A DNA stretch of 64,000 nt from Pseudomonadota bacterium (GTDB lineage: Bacteria; Pseudomonadota; Alphaproteobacteria; Rhodobacterales; Rhodobacteraceae). Position numbers and translations under genes: made by a program. Shown here in pieces: positions 52,555 through 62,200 of this stretch. The stretch lies in the NCBI GenBank assembly GCA_039183205.1, contig JBCDBR010000024.1:2021-66020 (forward strand). The letters are read 5' to 3'. Positions within the stretch are counted from its first letter, which is position 1, and every line of letters begins with the position of its first letter. The notes beneath the pieces are model-generated. The model saw nothing but the letters and a program-made list of their open reading frames with translations, was not told the origin of the DNA and ran no database searches.

Positions 52555-53583
52555 ATGCCCGCCGCCCTGCAACGTGCTGCCAAGCGGATCCTCACATCGC
52601 TTCTGGTGCTTTTGGGCGTGTCGGTGCTGATTTTCGGAATTGCGCGTGTTATCCCCGGCGACCCGGCGCGGGTCGCGTTGGGGCCGAACGCCTCGCAGGA
52701 GGCGGTGGAAAACCTACGCGCCGAGCTTTTGCTCGATCAGCCCATTGTCATCCAATATGCGCACTTTCTTGGCAACCTTTTGCAAGGCGATCTGGGCCAG
52801 TCGCTTTTCACCAACCGCCCCGTGACCACCGATATCGCCGAATTTCTGCCCGCGACGCTCGAATTGATCTTTGTCGCCGCAATTATGATGATTGGAATTG
52901 GCCTGCCGCTTGGTATTTTGGCCGCCCGATATCGGGGGCGATGGCCCGATCACGCGATCCGGGTCTTTTCGTTGCTTGGGGTGTCAGCGCCAAGTTTTGT
53001 CTGGGCCATTGGGCTGATGCTCATCTTTTCCTTTTATTTGGGCTGGTTGCCGATCGCAGGCCGGATCGACGACAGTTTCGACATCGTGCGCGTCACCGGA
53101 TTTTTGACACTTGATACGCTTCTGGCGGGCAACGCCGCCGCGTTCCTCGATACGCTCGCGCATCTGGCCTTGCCGTCTTTCGCGCTCGCCTTTTCCGGGA
53201 TCGGTCAGGCTGCGCGGCTGACGCGCGCGAACATGATCGAAACCTATGAGGCGCCGTATATCGAGATGGCCGAAGCCTACGGGTTCCCCGAGCGTCGCAT
53301 CGCCGCGCGCTACGCGTTTCGGCCCTCGCTTATTCCGTCGATGACAATCATCGGCCTCGATCTCGCCGCGCTCCTGGGCAACGCCTTTCTCGTTGAGGCC
53401 GTCTTTGGCTGGCCCGGCCTGTCGCGCTACGGCGTGCAGGTGATCCTCCGCAAGGACCTTAATGCCATCGTCGGCACCGTCCTGATTATCGCCGCGATGT
53501 TCATCATCGTGAACATCATCGTCGACGTGCTGACCGTGCTCTTGAATCCGCGCATTCGCTACGCCGAGCGTGGCAAGCCATGA
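52555..53583 (+). CDS. Peptide ABC permease (DppB-like)
   Basis: IPGDPA, GDLGQS, LPATLEL, VEAVFGWPG, LNPRIR motifs. Confidence 0.94.
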   Translation: MPAALQRAAKRILTSLLVLLGVSVLIFGIARVIPGDPARVALGPNASQEAVENLRAELLLDQPIVIQYAHFLGNLLQGDLGQSLFTNRPVTTDIAEFLPATLELIFVAAIMMIGIGLPLGILAARYRGRWPDHAIRVFSLLGVSAPSFVWAIGLMLIFSFYLGWLPIAGRIDDSFDIVRVTGFLTLDTLLAGNAAAFLDTLAHLALPSFALAFSGIGQAARLTRANMIETYEAPYIEMAEAYGFPERRIAARYAFRPSLIPSMTIIGLDLAALLGNAFLVEAVFGWPGLSRYGVQVILRKDLNAIVGTVLIIAAMFIIVNIIVDVLTVLLNPRIRYAERGKP

Positions 53584-54413
53584 TACGGTCGATGCGCATT
53601 CTCGCGGCCAATCCGCTGACGCTTTTTGGCCTCGTGCTGATTGTATTTGTCCTGGCCGCGGCAGTGTTTGCACCCCTTCTCGCACCGTTTCCAGAACATC
53701 GTGGCGCGGTCGTGGATTTCGTGAACTTCAACAAACCACCCGACCGGGACTATCTGATGGGCACCGACCTTGTCGGGCGGGACATGTTCTCCCGCATTCT
53801 CTATGCGTACCGGATATCGCTGCTGCTGGCGGTTTTGGTTCTCATGATCGCAGTCCCCATCGGGGTCACGCTTGGGCTGGTTGCAGGCTATATTGGCGGC
53901 CGATGGGAATACGGCATCATGCGGCTTACCGACGTGTTCTTGTCGATCCCGCCATTGGTCCTTGCGATTTCGATCATGGGTGTGCTGGAACCAACACTTC
54001 TGAACGGTATGCTAGCCGTCACCGCGATGTGGTGGCCGTGGTACACGCGGCTGGTCTACAACATCACACGCGGAGAAAAAGTTGAAGGATATGTGTTAGC
54101 GGCCGAGGTCATCGGCGCCTCGCGCACGCATATCATGTTCCGGGAAATCCTGCCCAATTGCATCCCCGCCATCGTGACCAAAATGACGCTCGATGCAGGC
54201 TTCGTAATCCTGATCGTGTCGTCGTTGAGCTTTCTTGGCCTCGGCGTGCAGCCGCCCACACCGGACCTGGGATCAATGGTTGCCGAAGGCGCGCGCTATC
54301 TCCCGGACAGTTGGTGGCTTGCCGTCTTTCCCGGCCTGGCCATCCTGATCGCCGTTTTTGGGTTTAACCTGTTGGGTGACGGGCTGCGCGACATTCTGGG
54401 GGCGGATGGATGA
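53580..54413 (+). CDS. Peptide ABC permease (DppC-like)
   Basis: GTDLVGRDMFSR, EILPN, SLSFLGLG, NLLGDGLRD motifs. Confidence 0.94.
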   Translation: MIRSMRILAANPLTLFGLVLIVFVLAAAVFAPLLAPFPEHRGAVVDFVNFNKPPDRDYLMGTDLVGRDMFSRILYAYRISLLLAVLVLMIAVPIGVTLGLVAGYIGGRWEYGIMRLTDVFLSIPPLVLAISIMGVLEPTLLNGMLAVTAMWWPWYTRLVYNITRGEKVEGYVLAAEVIGASRTHIMFREILPNCIPAIVTKMTLDAGFVILIVSSLSFLGLGVQPPTPDLGSMVAEGARYLPDSWWLAVFPGLAILIAVFGFNLLGDGLRDILGADG

Positions 54414-55276
54414 ATGTCCTCGACATCCGCAACCTGACGCTTTCGTTCAAGCTATATTCCGGCGTGGTACCCGCACTTCACGGTATATCGCTCTGTGTTG
54501 CGCGGGGCGAACGCGTGGCCTTGGTCGGTGAAAGCGGCTCGGGCAAATCGGTGACCGCACGGATCATCTTAGGATTATTGCAGGAACACCGAAACGCAAA
54601 GATCACCGGCGAGGTCCTGTTCCAGGGCAAGGATATCGCGCGCCTGTCGCGCAAGGCACGTCACGCTCTGCGCGGTACGGCCATGTCAATGATCTTCCAA
54701 GACCCGACATCGTCGCTGAACCCGGTCTTCCCCATCGCGCGGCAATTCCATGACGTGCTCTTACGCGCAGCGCCAGGATTGTCGTTCGAAGACGCACGCG
54801 CCCGCGCGGCGGCGTCACTTGAAGAGGTGGCAATCGACGATAGCGCGCGGGTGCTCGACGCCTATCCATTCCAGCTTTCAGGGGGGATGAACCAGCGGGT
54901 GATGATTGCGATGGCCCTTGCCAACCAGCCCGCGCTGCTTTTGGCCGACGAGCCGGGGACGGCCCTTGATGTGACCGTGCAGGCCCAGACGCTCGACCTG
55001 ATGCGGCGCCTGGTCATCGACCACAAGACCGCCGTTTTGTTTATCTCACACAACCTTGGCGTCGTGCGCGAATTTGCCGACAGGATATACGTCATCTATC
55101 GCGGCCGTATCGTCGAAGCGGGCCCCACCGCGGCCGTCTTTCGTCGCCCGCGCCACGCATATACTCGCGCGCTCATGGCGGCGCAGCCCAGGATCACCGG
55201 CGGCGGGGTCCCGGAAATTCTTGATCGCAGCGACGCGTTCCTAGAACCGGCCGAGATCCACGGGGAGGCATCATGA
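54410..55276 (+). CDS. Peptide ABC ATP-binding protein (DppD-like)
   Basis: GESGSGKS, FQDP, LSGGMNQR, ADEP motifs. Confidence 0.94.
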   Translation: MNVLDIRNLTLSFKLYSGVVPALHGISLCVARGERVALVGESGSGKSVTARIILGLLQEHRNAKITGEVLFQGKDIARLSRKARHALRGTAMSMIFQDPTSSLNPVFPIARQFHDVLLRAAPGLSFEDARARAAASLEEVAIDDSARVLDAYPFQLSGGMNQRVMIAMALANQPALLLADEPGTALDVTVQAQTLDLMRRLVIDHKTAVLFISHNLGVVREFADRIYVIYRGRIVEAGPTAAVFRRPRHAYTRALMAAQPRITGGGVPEILDRSDAFLEPAEIHGEAS

Positions 55277-56082
55277 GCCTCTTGCAGATAAAGGGTTTGG
55301 GCAAGACATTCGGCAACGGTGCGACGTCCGTTAAGGCGCTGGTCGATGTGTCTTTGACCGTGGAACAAGGCGAGTGCCTCGCCGTTGTCGGGGAGAGCGG
55401 GTCGGGAAAATCAACCTTGGCAAATCTGGTTTTGGGGCTCTTCCCGCAGACGTCAGGCAGCCTAGTGTTCGACGGATCGATACTGCCGGCCAGGCGCCGT
55501 CTCGAACACCGCCGCGCGATCCAGCTGGTCCAGCAAAACCCAGCTTCCGCGTTGAACCCGCGGCGCTCAATTGGCGCGTCGCTCCGCTTGGCGTTGGATG
55601 TGCATCAGATCGGAGAGCGTGCGGATCGGGGCGCACAGGTGGCGCGGCTCTTGCGCGATGTTGACTTACCCGCCGATTTCGCCAACCGGTCGCCCCGTGC
55701 GCTTTCAGGCGGTCAGAGACAGCGCGTGGCAATTGCCCGGGCGCTCGCTTGCGAAGCGCGCTTGATCGTGTTGGATGAGCCGACCTCGGCCCTCGATGTT
55801 CTGGTGCAGGCGCAGGTTCTTCGTCTGCTGGCCGATCTCAAGGCGCAGCAGGGTCTGACATACCTCTTCATTACGCATGATTTGGCTGTTGTGCGTAACA
55901 TTGCCACGCGTGTCGCAGTTTTTGAGCGCGGCCGAATGGTCGAACTGGGGTTGACCGAAGACATCTTCAACGCCCCCGCGCATCACTATACACGCCGCTT
56001 GATATCCGCGGTGCCAGTGATCACCGAAGAGGAGAAAACTGTGCGCGACCGACTTGCCTGGCCCCCGGAGGCCGCGCAATGA
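55273..56082 (+). CDS. Peptide ABC ATP-binding protein (DppF-like)
   Basis: GESGSGKS, LSGGQRQR, LDEPTSALD motifs. Confidence 0.94.
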   Translation: MSLLQIKGLGKTFGNGATSVKALVDVSLTVEQGECLAVVGESGSGKSTLANLVLGLFPQTSGSLVFDGSILPARRRLEHRRAIQLVQQNPASALNPRRSIGASLRLALDVHQIGERADRGAQVARLLRDVDLPADFANRSPRALSGGQRQRVAIARALACEARLIVLDEPTSALDVLVQAQVLRLLADLKAQQGLTYLFITHDLAVVRNIATRVAVFERGRMVELGLTEDIFNAPAHHYTRRLISAVPVITEEEKTVRDRLAWPPEAAQ

Positions 56083-56564
56083 CCGCTCTCAGCGCGCTCA
56101 CCGACAGCGGCAAGCAAATTGCAGGCGCCGTCGCTGCATGTAGAACGCTGGCGCGTCGGTTCTCGGACGCAAAGCTCGTCGCTGAGATAGCCTTTGACAG
56201 TGCGACCCGCGAGGCGCGCCGAACCTGCTGTTCGGACCCGCAGAACTACCCGATTTCCGGCCGCAAAGAGATCGGGGTGCCCATCTGGACAAAGCTCCTG
56301 GTCGATTGCCACCCGAGCCTATTTGGCAATCGCCGCACGGCGCTGCAAGTGATGGTCGCCGACCATGGATCGAGGCGATCCCATGATCGCAAAGCCCGTG
56401 TAAACTTGGCGCTCATTGCCTTTGGCCGGATGCGCGGCTGCGTCAGCAAGCTCGATTTGGCAGGCGACTTTGCACCACGATGCCTCGACCCCTTTGACGC
56501 CACGCTTATGGCGCGAGGCGATTTCACATCTCCACTGAACAACGCTTTGAGAAAGGGCGCATGA
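56079..56564 (+). pseudogene. Short ORF, possibly an eroded amidohydrolase (cytosine-deaminase-like) remnant
   Basis: ATGA-coupled at both ends; fragments LLVDCHPSL, RVNLALIAF, LDLAGDFAP resemble xVDxHxHL, DLQIVAF and ADVVGG of CodA-like enzymes; only 161 aa. Confidence 0.35.
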
Positions 56565-58636
56565 TGACGAAGACCCTGCGCGTGGCCACCGATGTGGGCG
56601 GCACTTTCACCGACCTTGTTGCCTTCGAGATCGGCGCGGACGGGGAAACCACGATCCGGACCGCCAAATCCGACACGACGCCGCCGAATTTTGAGGACGG
56701 CGTGCTGAACGTGCTCGACAAGGGCGGTATTTCGGCCGCCGAGATCGACTTTCTCGCCCATGGAACAACGGTTGTGATCAACGCGCTGACCGAGCGAAAG
56801 GGCGCGAAGGTCGGACTGATCACAACGAAAGGGTTCCGCGACAACCTCGAAATCGCGCGCGGCAACCGGCCGGATTTCTTTAATCTCTTCTATGAGAAAC
56901 CCAAAGTCTTTGTGCCACGATACCTCCGCCGAGAGGTGCCGGAGCGGATGAATTATAAGGGCGAGGTCATGACGCCGCTCGATCTTTCGCCGTTGGCCGA
57001 GATTGTGGCTGATTTCAAGGCCGAGGGCGTGGAGGCTGTCGCTGTTTCCTTTTTGCATGCTTATGCCAATCCAAGCCACGAAGCGGCAGCCCTGGCCGAG
57101 CTGAAACGGCTTTGGCCTGAGGTCGCAGCCGTGGCGGCGCATCAGATCGCACGAGAATGGCGGGAATACGAACGCACCAACACCGCCGTGTTGTCGGCCT
57201 ATGTGCAGCCCGCGGCTGAGCGGTATCTGCAACGGCTCGACGAAGGGTTGAAATCGCGCGGCATGACCGGGGCACCCTACATCATGCAATCCAATTGCGG
57301 GGTCGACAGTCTTTCGGCGACGTCGCGCATACCGATTACGATGGTCGAGAGTGGCCCGGCTTCGGGCTTTTGGGGTGCCGCCGAGCTTGGCAAACTGATC
57401 GGAGAGCCGAACGTCCTGGCGCTCGATATCGGCGGCACGACCGCGAAGTGCTCGCTTATTGAAGGCGGTCAGGTGAAGATCATGACCGATTACTGGATTG
57501 AGCGCGACAGAACCTCGGCGGGCTATCCGATCATGGTGCCCGTCGTCGATTTGGTTGAGATCGGAAATGGCGGCGGCTCGATCGCTTGGGTTGACGATTT
57601 TGGCAAGCTCCATGTCGGCCCGCAATCGGCCGGCGCCGTTCCGGGACCTGCGGCCTACGGAAAGGGCGGAACCGAAGCAACCACCACGGATGCAAATCTC
57701 TGGCTTGGTCGGATCAACCGTGACTATTTCTGCGGTGGGTCCATCGACGCGGATATGGCGGCCGCCGAAGCCGCCATCTTGGCACTGGCCGAGAAGCTCG
57801 GCGTTACGCCTGATGTCGCCGCCGAAGGGATCGTGCGCATCGCCAACAACAACATGGTCAACGCGCTCAAGCTTGTATCGCTTAACCGCGGTCACGACCC
57901 ACGCGACTTTACCCTTGTTGCCTTCGGCGGCGGCGGCGGCATGCATGCGGTTGCCCTGGCCGCAGAACTCGGTGTGAAAAAGGTCGTCGTGCCCTTTGGC
58001 GCGGCGGTCTTTTCGGCCTGGGGCATGATGATGTCGGATCTGCGCCGCGACTATTTCGTGACCCGGCTGGCAGAGTTAGCGCCAGGATCAGCAGCCGGGA
58101 TGGAAGCGGCTTTTGCCGCGTCGGAGGCCGAGGCACATGCGCAATTCAAGGCCGAAGGCATTGCGGCAGAGAAGCTGACGCTAAGGCGGATGGGAAAGTT
58201 CCGGTACCAAAACCAAGAACATACAGTCGAAATTCCACTCGACGACGGGCCGGTTACGGATGCAAGCCTGGCCCAGATTTCCGCCGCTTTCCACGAGGCC
58301 TACGAAAAAGAGTACACCTATCGGCTTAAGGCCCCGGTCGAAATGGTGGGATTGCACATCATTGCCACAGCCGAGGTGGGAAAGCTTGAAATGGTCGAAC
58401 AAGCGATGGGGGCGCCCGATGCCGCCGCTGCGATCAAAAACATGCGGTCCGTCGATTATGCCTTAGACGGCGTCCACGAGGCCACGATCTACGATGGCGA
58501 CAAGCTCATGCCGGGGATGCGGTTTGAGGGCCCTGCGGTGATCGAAGATAGCGGAACGACGACCGTGATCCACCCGGGCAACTTTGCCGAGATGGACGGA
58601 TACCGAAACCTTCACATCACGCTTGCGGAGGGCTGA
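56561..58636 (+). CDS. Hydantoinase/oxoprolinase subunit A (ATP-dependent lactam hydrolase)
   Basis: DVGGTFTD, HGTTVVINAL, EYER, ESGPASG, DIGGTT, GPQSAGAVPGP, FGGGG motifs. Confidence 0.95.
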   Translation: MMTKTLRVATDVGGTFTDLVAFEIGADGETTIRTAKSDTTPPNFEDGVLNVLDKGGISAAEIDFLAHGTTVVINALTERKGAKVGLITTKGFRDNLEIARGNRPDFFNLFYEKPKVFVPRYLRREVPERMNYKGEVMTPLDLSPLAEIVADFKAEGVEAVAVSFLHAYANPSHEAAALAELKRLWPEVAAVAAHQIAREWREYERTNTAVLSAYVQPAAERYLQRLDEGLKSRGMTGAPYIMQSNCGVDSLSATSRIPITMVESGPASGFWGAAELGKLIGEPNVLALDIGGTTAKCSLIEGGQVKIMTDYWIERDRTSAGYPIMVPVVDLVEIGNGGGSIAWVDDFGKLHVGPQSAGAVPGPAAYGKGGTEATTTDANLWLGRINRDYFCGGSIDADMAAAEAAILALAEKLGVTPDVAAEGIVRIANNNMVNALKLVSLNRGHDPRDFTLVAFGGGGGMHAVALAAELGVKKVVVPFGAAVFSAWGMMMSDLRRDYFVTRLAELAPGSAAGMEAAFAASEAEAHAQFKAEGIAAEKLTLRRMGKFRYQNQEHTVEIPLDDGPVTDASLAQISAAFHEAYEKEYTYRLKAPVEMVGLHIIATAEVGKLEMVEQAMGAPDAAAAIKNMRSVDYALDGVHEATIYDGDKLMPGMRFEGPAVIEDSGTTTVIHPGNFAEMDGYRNLHITLAEG

Positions 58637-58639
58637 ACG

Positions 58640-60295
58640 ATGACCGAAATGGACCCCATCACCCAAGAGATTATTCAAAATTCCCTGCAAGCCACCGCCG
58701 ACGAGATGTTCGCGGCGATGCGCAAAACGGCGATGTCTTCGATCATCTACGAGGTGCTGGACATGGGCACGGGCATCTTGGACCACCGCGGTGAGTTGGC
58801 CTGTTCTGGGGCGGGCATCCCGGCCTTTGTTGGCGTGCTCGACAAATCGGTGAAGGTGATCGTCGAGAAATTTGATGCCGCCGAGATCAGGCCGGGCGAT
58901 GTTTTCGCAACGAACGATCCCTATTATGGCGGGGTCACGCATCTTAACGACATCGTCGTCATGATGCCGGTCTTTGCCGGCGACCAATTGGTCGCGTGGA
59001 CCGCCAATATCGCGCATAATTCCGATGTCGGCGGCATGGCGCCGGGCTCGCTTACCGGCGATGCCACCGAGATCTTTCAAGAAGGGCTGCGGCTTCCTGC
59101 GATCAAGATCATAGACCAGGGTGAGCCCATCGCCGGCGTCTTTGAGATCATCACCGTCAATTCCCGCATGCCCGACGTGCTTGAGGGCGACGTATGGGCA
59201 GCGATCGCCAGCGTGCGGATCGGGGCCATGCGTTTGACCGATCTTGTGCAGAAATACGGCGAACAGGTCTTTGCCCGCGCCATGAGCCACTTTATGGATT
59301 ACGGCGAAACGGTCAGCCGAAAGGCGATGGCGGACCTGCCGAAAGGGACGTTCGAGCTGACCGAAGAACAGGATGACGGCACAATCTATAACGTCAAGAT
59401 CAGCATCACGGACGACGTGTTCGAAGTCGATTTGCGTGACAATCCAGACCAGGTCACCAGCCCGGTCAACACCTCTCGCGATGGGGTGATGGTGGCCTCA
59501 CAAATGATCTTCAAATCCCTAACCGACCCCTACTCTCCCGCCAATGAAGGCTCGTTCCGCCCGATCCGGCTACTGACGCGGGAAGGCAGCGTATTTCACG
59601 CGCAAGAGCCTGCACCGCTCGGTTTCTATTTCGAGATCGAACTCAGGGTCTATGACTTGATGTGGCGCTGCCTCGCCCCGCATATCCCCGACCGGTTTGC
59701 GGCGGGGCACTTTGCATCAATCTGCGGGACATTTATCGGCGGCATTCATCCGGACACGGGTCGGCAATACACCATCATTGAGCCGCAGCTTGGCGGCTGG
59801 GGCGCGCGCGATGGTGCCGATGGAAACTCCGCCATCTTTTCGGGCTTCCACGGTGAGACCTATAATTGCCCCGCCGAAATCAACGAGGCGCGCAATGGCG
59901 TGATCGTGGACCAATTCGCGCTTAATACGGGCCCCGGGGGCGAAGGGGAGTTTACCGGAGGTCGTGGCATCGTGATGGATTACCGGGTGCGCGCGGAAAA
60001 CGGCTATCTCACCGCAGGCTTTACCCGTTCCAAATTCCCAGCCTGGTCCATGCAAGGCGGTCTCGAAGGTTCCAGCAATATCGTGGAATTCCATCCCGTC
60101 GAAGGCGAGATACAGCAATACAGCTTTGTCTCAGGCCTCTCGACCCAGCCAGGCGACGTGATCCGGGTGATCACCGGCAACGGCGGTGGGTACGGTGACC
60201 CAAAAGCGCGAGACCCCGAAGCGGTTGCCTTAGACGTCAAAAACGGATTGCTCAGCGCCGAGCGGGCGCGTGAGATTTATGGATGGGGAGGATAA
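58640..60295 (+). CDS. Hydantoinase/oxoprolinase subunit B (copy 1)
   Basis: TAMSSIIYE, NDPYYGGVTHLND, AHNSDVGG, EIFQEG, GGGYGDP motifs. Confidence 0.95.
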   Translation: MTEMDPITQEIIQNSLQATADEMFAAMRKTAMSSIIYEVLDMGTGILDHRGELACSGAGIPAFVGVLDKSVKVIVEKFDAAEIRPGDVFATNDPYYGGVTHLNDIVVMMPVFAGDQLVAWTANIAHNSDVGGMAPGSLTGDATEIFQEGLRLPAIKIIDQGEPIAGVFEIITVNSRMPDVLEGDVWAAIASVRIGAMRLTDLVQKYGEQVFARAMSHFMDYGETVSRKAMADLPKGTFELTEEQDDGTIYNVKISITDDVFEVDLRDNPDQVTSPVNTSRDGVMVASQMIFKSLTDPYSPANEGSFRPIRLLTREGSVFHAQEPAPLGFYFEIELRVYDLMWRCLAPHIPDRFAAGHFASICGTFIGGIHPDTGRQYTIIEPQLGGWGARDGADGNSAIFSGFHGETYNCPAEINEARNGVIVDQFALNTGPGGEGEFTGGRGIVMDYRVRAENGYLTAGFTRSKFPAWSMQGGLEGSSNIVEFHPVEGEIQQYSFVSGLSTQPGDVIRVITGNGGGYGDPKARDPEAVALDVKNGLLSAERAREIYGWGG

Positions 60296-60298
60296 GAC

Positions 60299-61099
60299 AT
60301 GGCACGACCCTTGCGCATCATGTTCCACAACCCGGTGGGCTGCGACACCTATGACAATCTGTTCGCTGAGGTGCTGGCACAGAACGCCGCACCGGGCACG
60401 GAGGTGCACGTGACATCGCTGCCCCCCGCCGATGGGGCCTTTACCCACATCGAATACCGCGCCTATGAAGGCCGGGTGATGGCGGGTATCCTACGCGCGA
60501 CCCGTGCGGCCGCGCGCGAAGGGTTCGATGCCTTTGTGATCGGCTGTTTTTACGACACCGCGCTGCACGAGGCGCGCGAACTCTCGGGCCAGATGGCCGT
60601 GACCGGGCCTTGTATCGCGTCGTGCGAGATCGCAACCTCGCTGGCCAATCGCTTCGGGGTGATCGTCGGGCGCCGCAAATGGGTGGGCCAGATGCAGGGC
60701 ACGGTCCATGCTTATGGCTATGGCGACCGGTTGGCTGGGTTCTACCACGTGGAGCTTGGCGTGACGGAATTTCAAGCCGATCACGCGGAAACCGAACGCC
60801 GGCTGCTGGATGCCGGGCGGCGCGCGGTGGATGAGGATTATGCCGAGGCGCTGATCCTGGGATGCACGCTTGAGATCGGATTTCACAAAAAGCTCGAAGA
60901 TGTCCTCGGTGTTCCGGTTATCGACCCGTCGTTGGCCGCGTTCAAACGCGCAGAATATGCCGCAACGCTCCGACGCGATTGCGGTTGGGTACCCTCGCGC
61001 AAATGGTCTTGCGAGGCCCCGCCTGAGGAGGAGATGGCAGCCATTGGAGGGTTCGACGTGAACGCGCCGTTCGGCAACAGAATTGTCGTGGCGGCTTAA
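60299..61099 (+). CDS. Asp/Glu/hydantoin racemase family protein
   Basis: NP motif, GCFYD and LGCT catalytic cysteines, GVPVIDP. Confidence 0.9.
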   Translation: MARPLRIMFHNPVGCDTYDNLFAEVLAQNAAPGTEVHVTSLPPADGAFTHIEYRAYEGRVMAGILRATRAAAREGFDAFVIGCFYDTALHEARELSGQMAVTGPCIASCEIATSLANRFGVIVGRRKWVGQMQGTVHAYGYGDRLAGFYHVELGVTEFQADHAETERRLLDAGRRAVDEDYAEALILGCTLEIGFHKKLEDVLGVPVIDPSLAAFKRAEYAATLRRDCGWVPSRKWSCEAPPEEEMAAIGGFDVNAPFGNRIVVAA

Positions 61100-61108
61100 C
61101 GGGGAGGT

Positions 61109-62200
61109 ATGGCTATGCCGGATCGGATCGCAATGTTGCAAGAGGCGATGGATGGGGCGGGCACCGCGTTGGTGGCGCTTGGGCCGGGACCGAATATGCA
61201 TTGGCTGGCGGGGTTCCACCCCCACCCGGATGAGCGTCCATGCCTTTTGATGGTGACGGCCCAGGGTGCAGGTTGGCTGATGCCAGCCTTAAACGCGGCA
61301 GAAGCGCAGCAACATACCGATTTGCCGATGTGGCTTTGGGCCGATGCGGACGGGCCCGACGCCGCCTTGCAGGCGGCTCTCACAGGTCTTGGTGCGGCCT
61401 CGACCAAAACCGTGGCTCTCGATGAGACGATGCGCACGGATTTCTGCCTGCTTCTGCTGGGCGCGTTGCCGGAGGCACGTCCGTCGGTGGCGGCCGACAC
61501 CCTTGGGGCCTTGCGCATGTGCAAGGACGAAGCTGAGATGGACGCGCTACGCATGAATGCCGGGATCGGCGATGCGGCGATGGACGCGATTTTTGCCGGC
61601 GCGCAACCCGGCATGACAGAAAAAGAGGTCGCGGCGCTGGCGCGCGACGTCTTCGCCGCACACGGCGCCATGCCGCTCTTTGGCATCGTCGGGGCCGGAT
61701 CGAACGGCGCATTTCCGCATCATGCGACGGGCGAAACAGTTCTCAAAGAAGGGGATGCGGTGGTTCTGGATATTGGGGCGCGAAAAGGCGATTTCTCGTC
61801 CGACATCACGCGCATGGCGGCGATTGGCGCGGCGCCCGACGGATATGCCGAGGTGCATGCCGTCGTTGAGGCGGCCGTTCAGGCTGCCCTTGCCGCGGCA
61901 AAGCCGGGTGTGCCGGCCAGCGCCGTCGATCAAGCGGCGCGGCAGGTTATCACCAAGGCCGGCTATGGCGAGGCCTTTGTCCATCGCACTGGCCATGGCA
62001 TGGGGCTGGAAGGGCACGAGCCGCCCTGGATTACGGCGACCTCGGAGACGATCCTCAAATCTGGGATGGTGTTTTCCATCGAGCCGGGCATCTACCTCCA
62101 AGGCAGGTTCGGTATCCGCCTGGAAGAGATCGTGATCCTGCATGACGATGGACCCGAGGTCCTCTCAAAGCTCCCGCGTGGTCTGCGCGTAATCGGATGA
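61109..62200 (+). CDS. M24B Xaa-Pro peptidase family protein
   Basis: Creatinase-like N domain; full metal set DIG..SDITR, HRTGHGMG, EPG, RLEE. Confidence 0.92.
   Translation: MAMPDRIAMLQEAMDGAGTALVALGPGPNMHWLAGFHPHPDERPCLLMVTAQGAGWLMPALNAAEAQQHTDLPMWLWADADGPDAALQAALTGLGAASTKTVALDETMRTDFCLLLLGALPEARPSVAADTLGALRMCKDEAEMDALRMNAGIGDAAMDAIFAGAQPGMTEKEVAALARDVFAAHGAMPLFGIVGAGSNGAFPHHATGETVLKEGDAVVLDIGARKGDFSSDITRMAAIGAAPDGYAEVHAVVEAAVQAALAAAKPGVPASAVDQAARQVITKAGYGEAFVHRTGHGMGLEGHEPPWITATSETILKSGMVFSIEPGIYLQGRFGIRLEEIVILHDDGPEVLSKLPRGLRVIG

Noticed and set aside
56246-57946. 566-aa minus-strand ORF
   Set aside because: Antisense shadow of hydantoinase A
61109-62200. Creatinase in a creatinine/N-methylhydantoin pathway
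   Set aside because: All five M24 metal ligands are present, which creatinases lack; no carbamoylsarcosine amidase or sarcosine oxidase in the window
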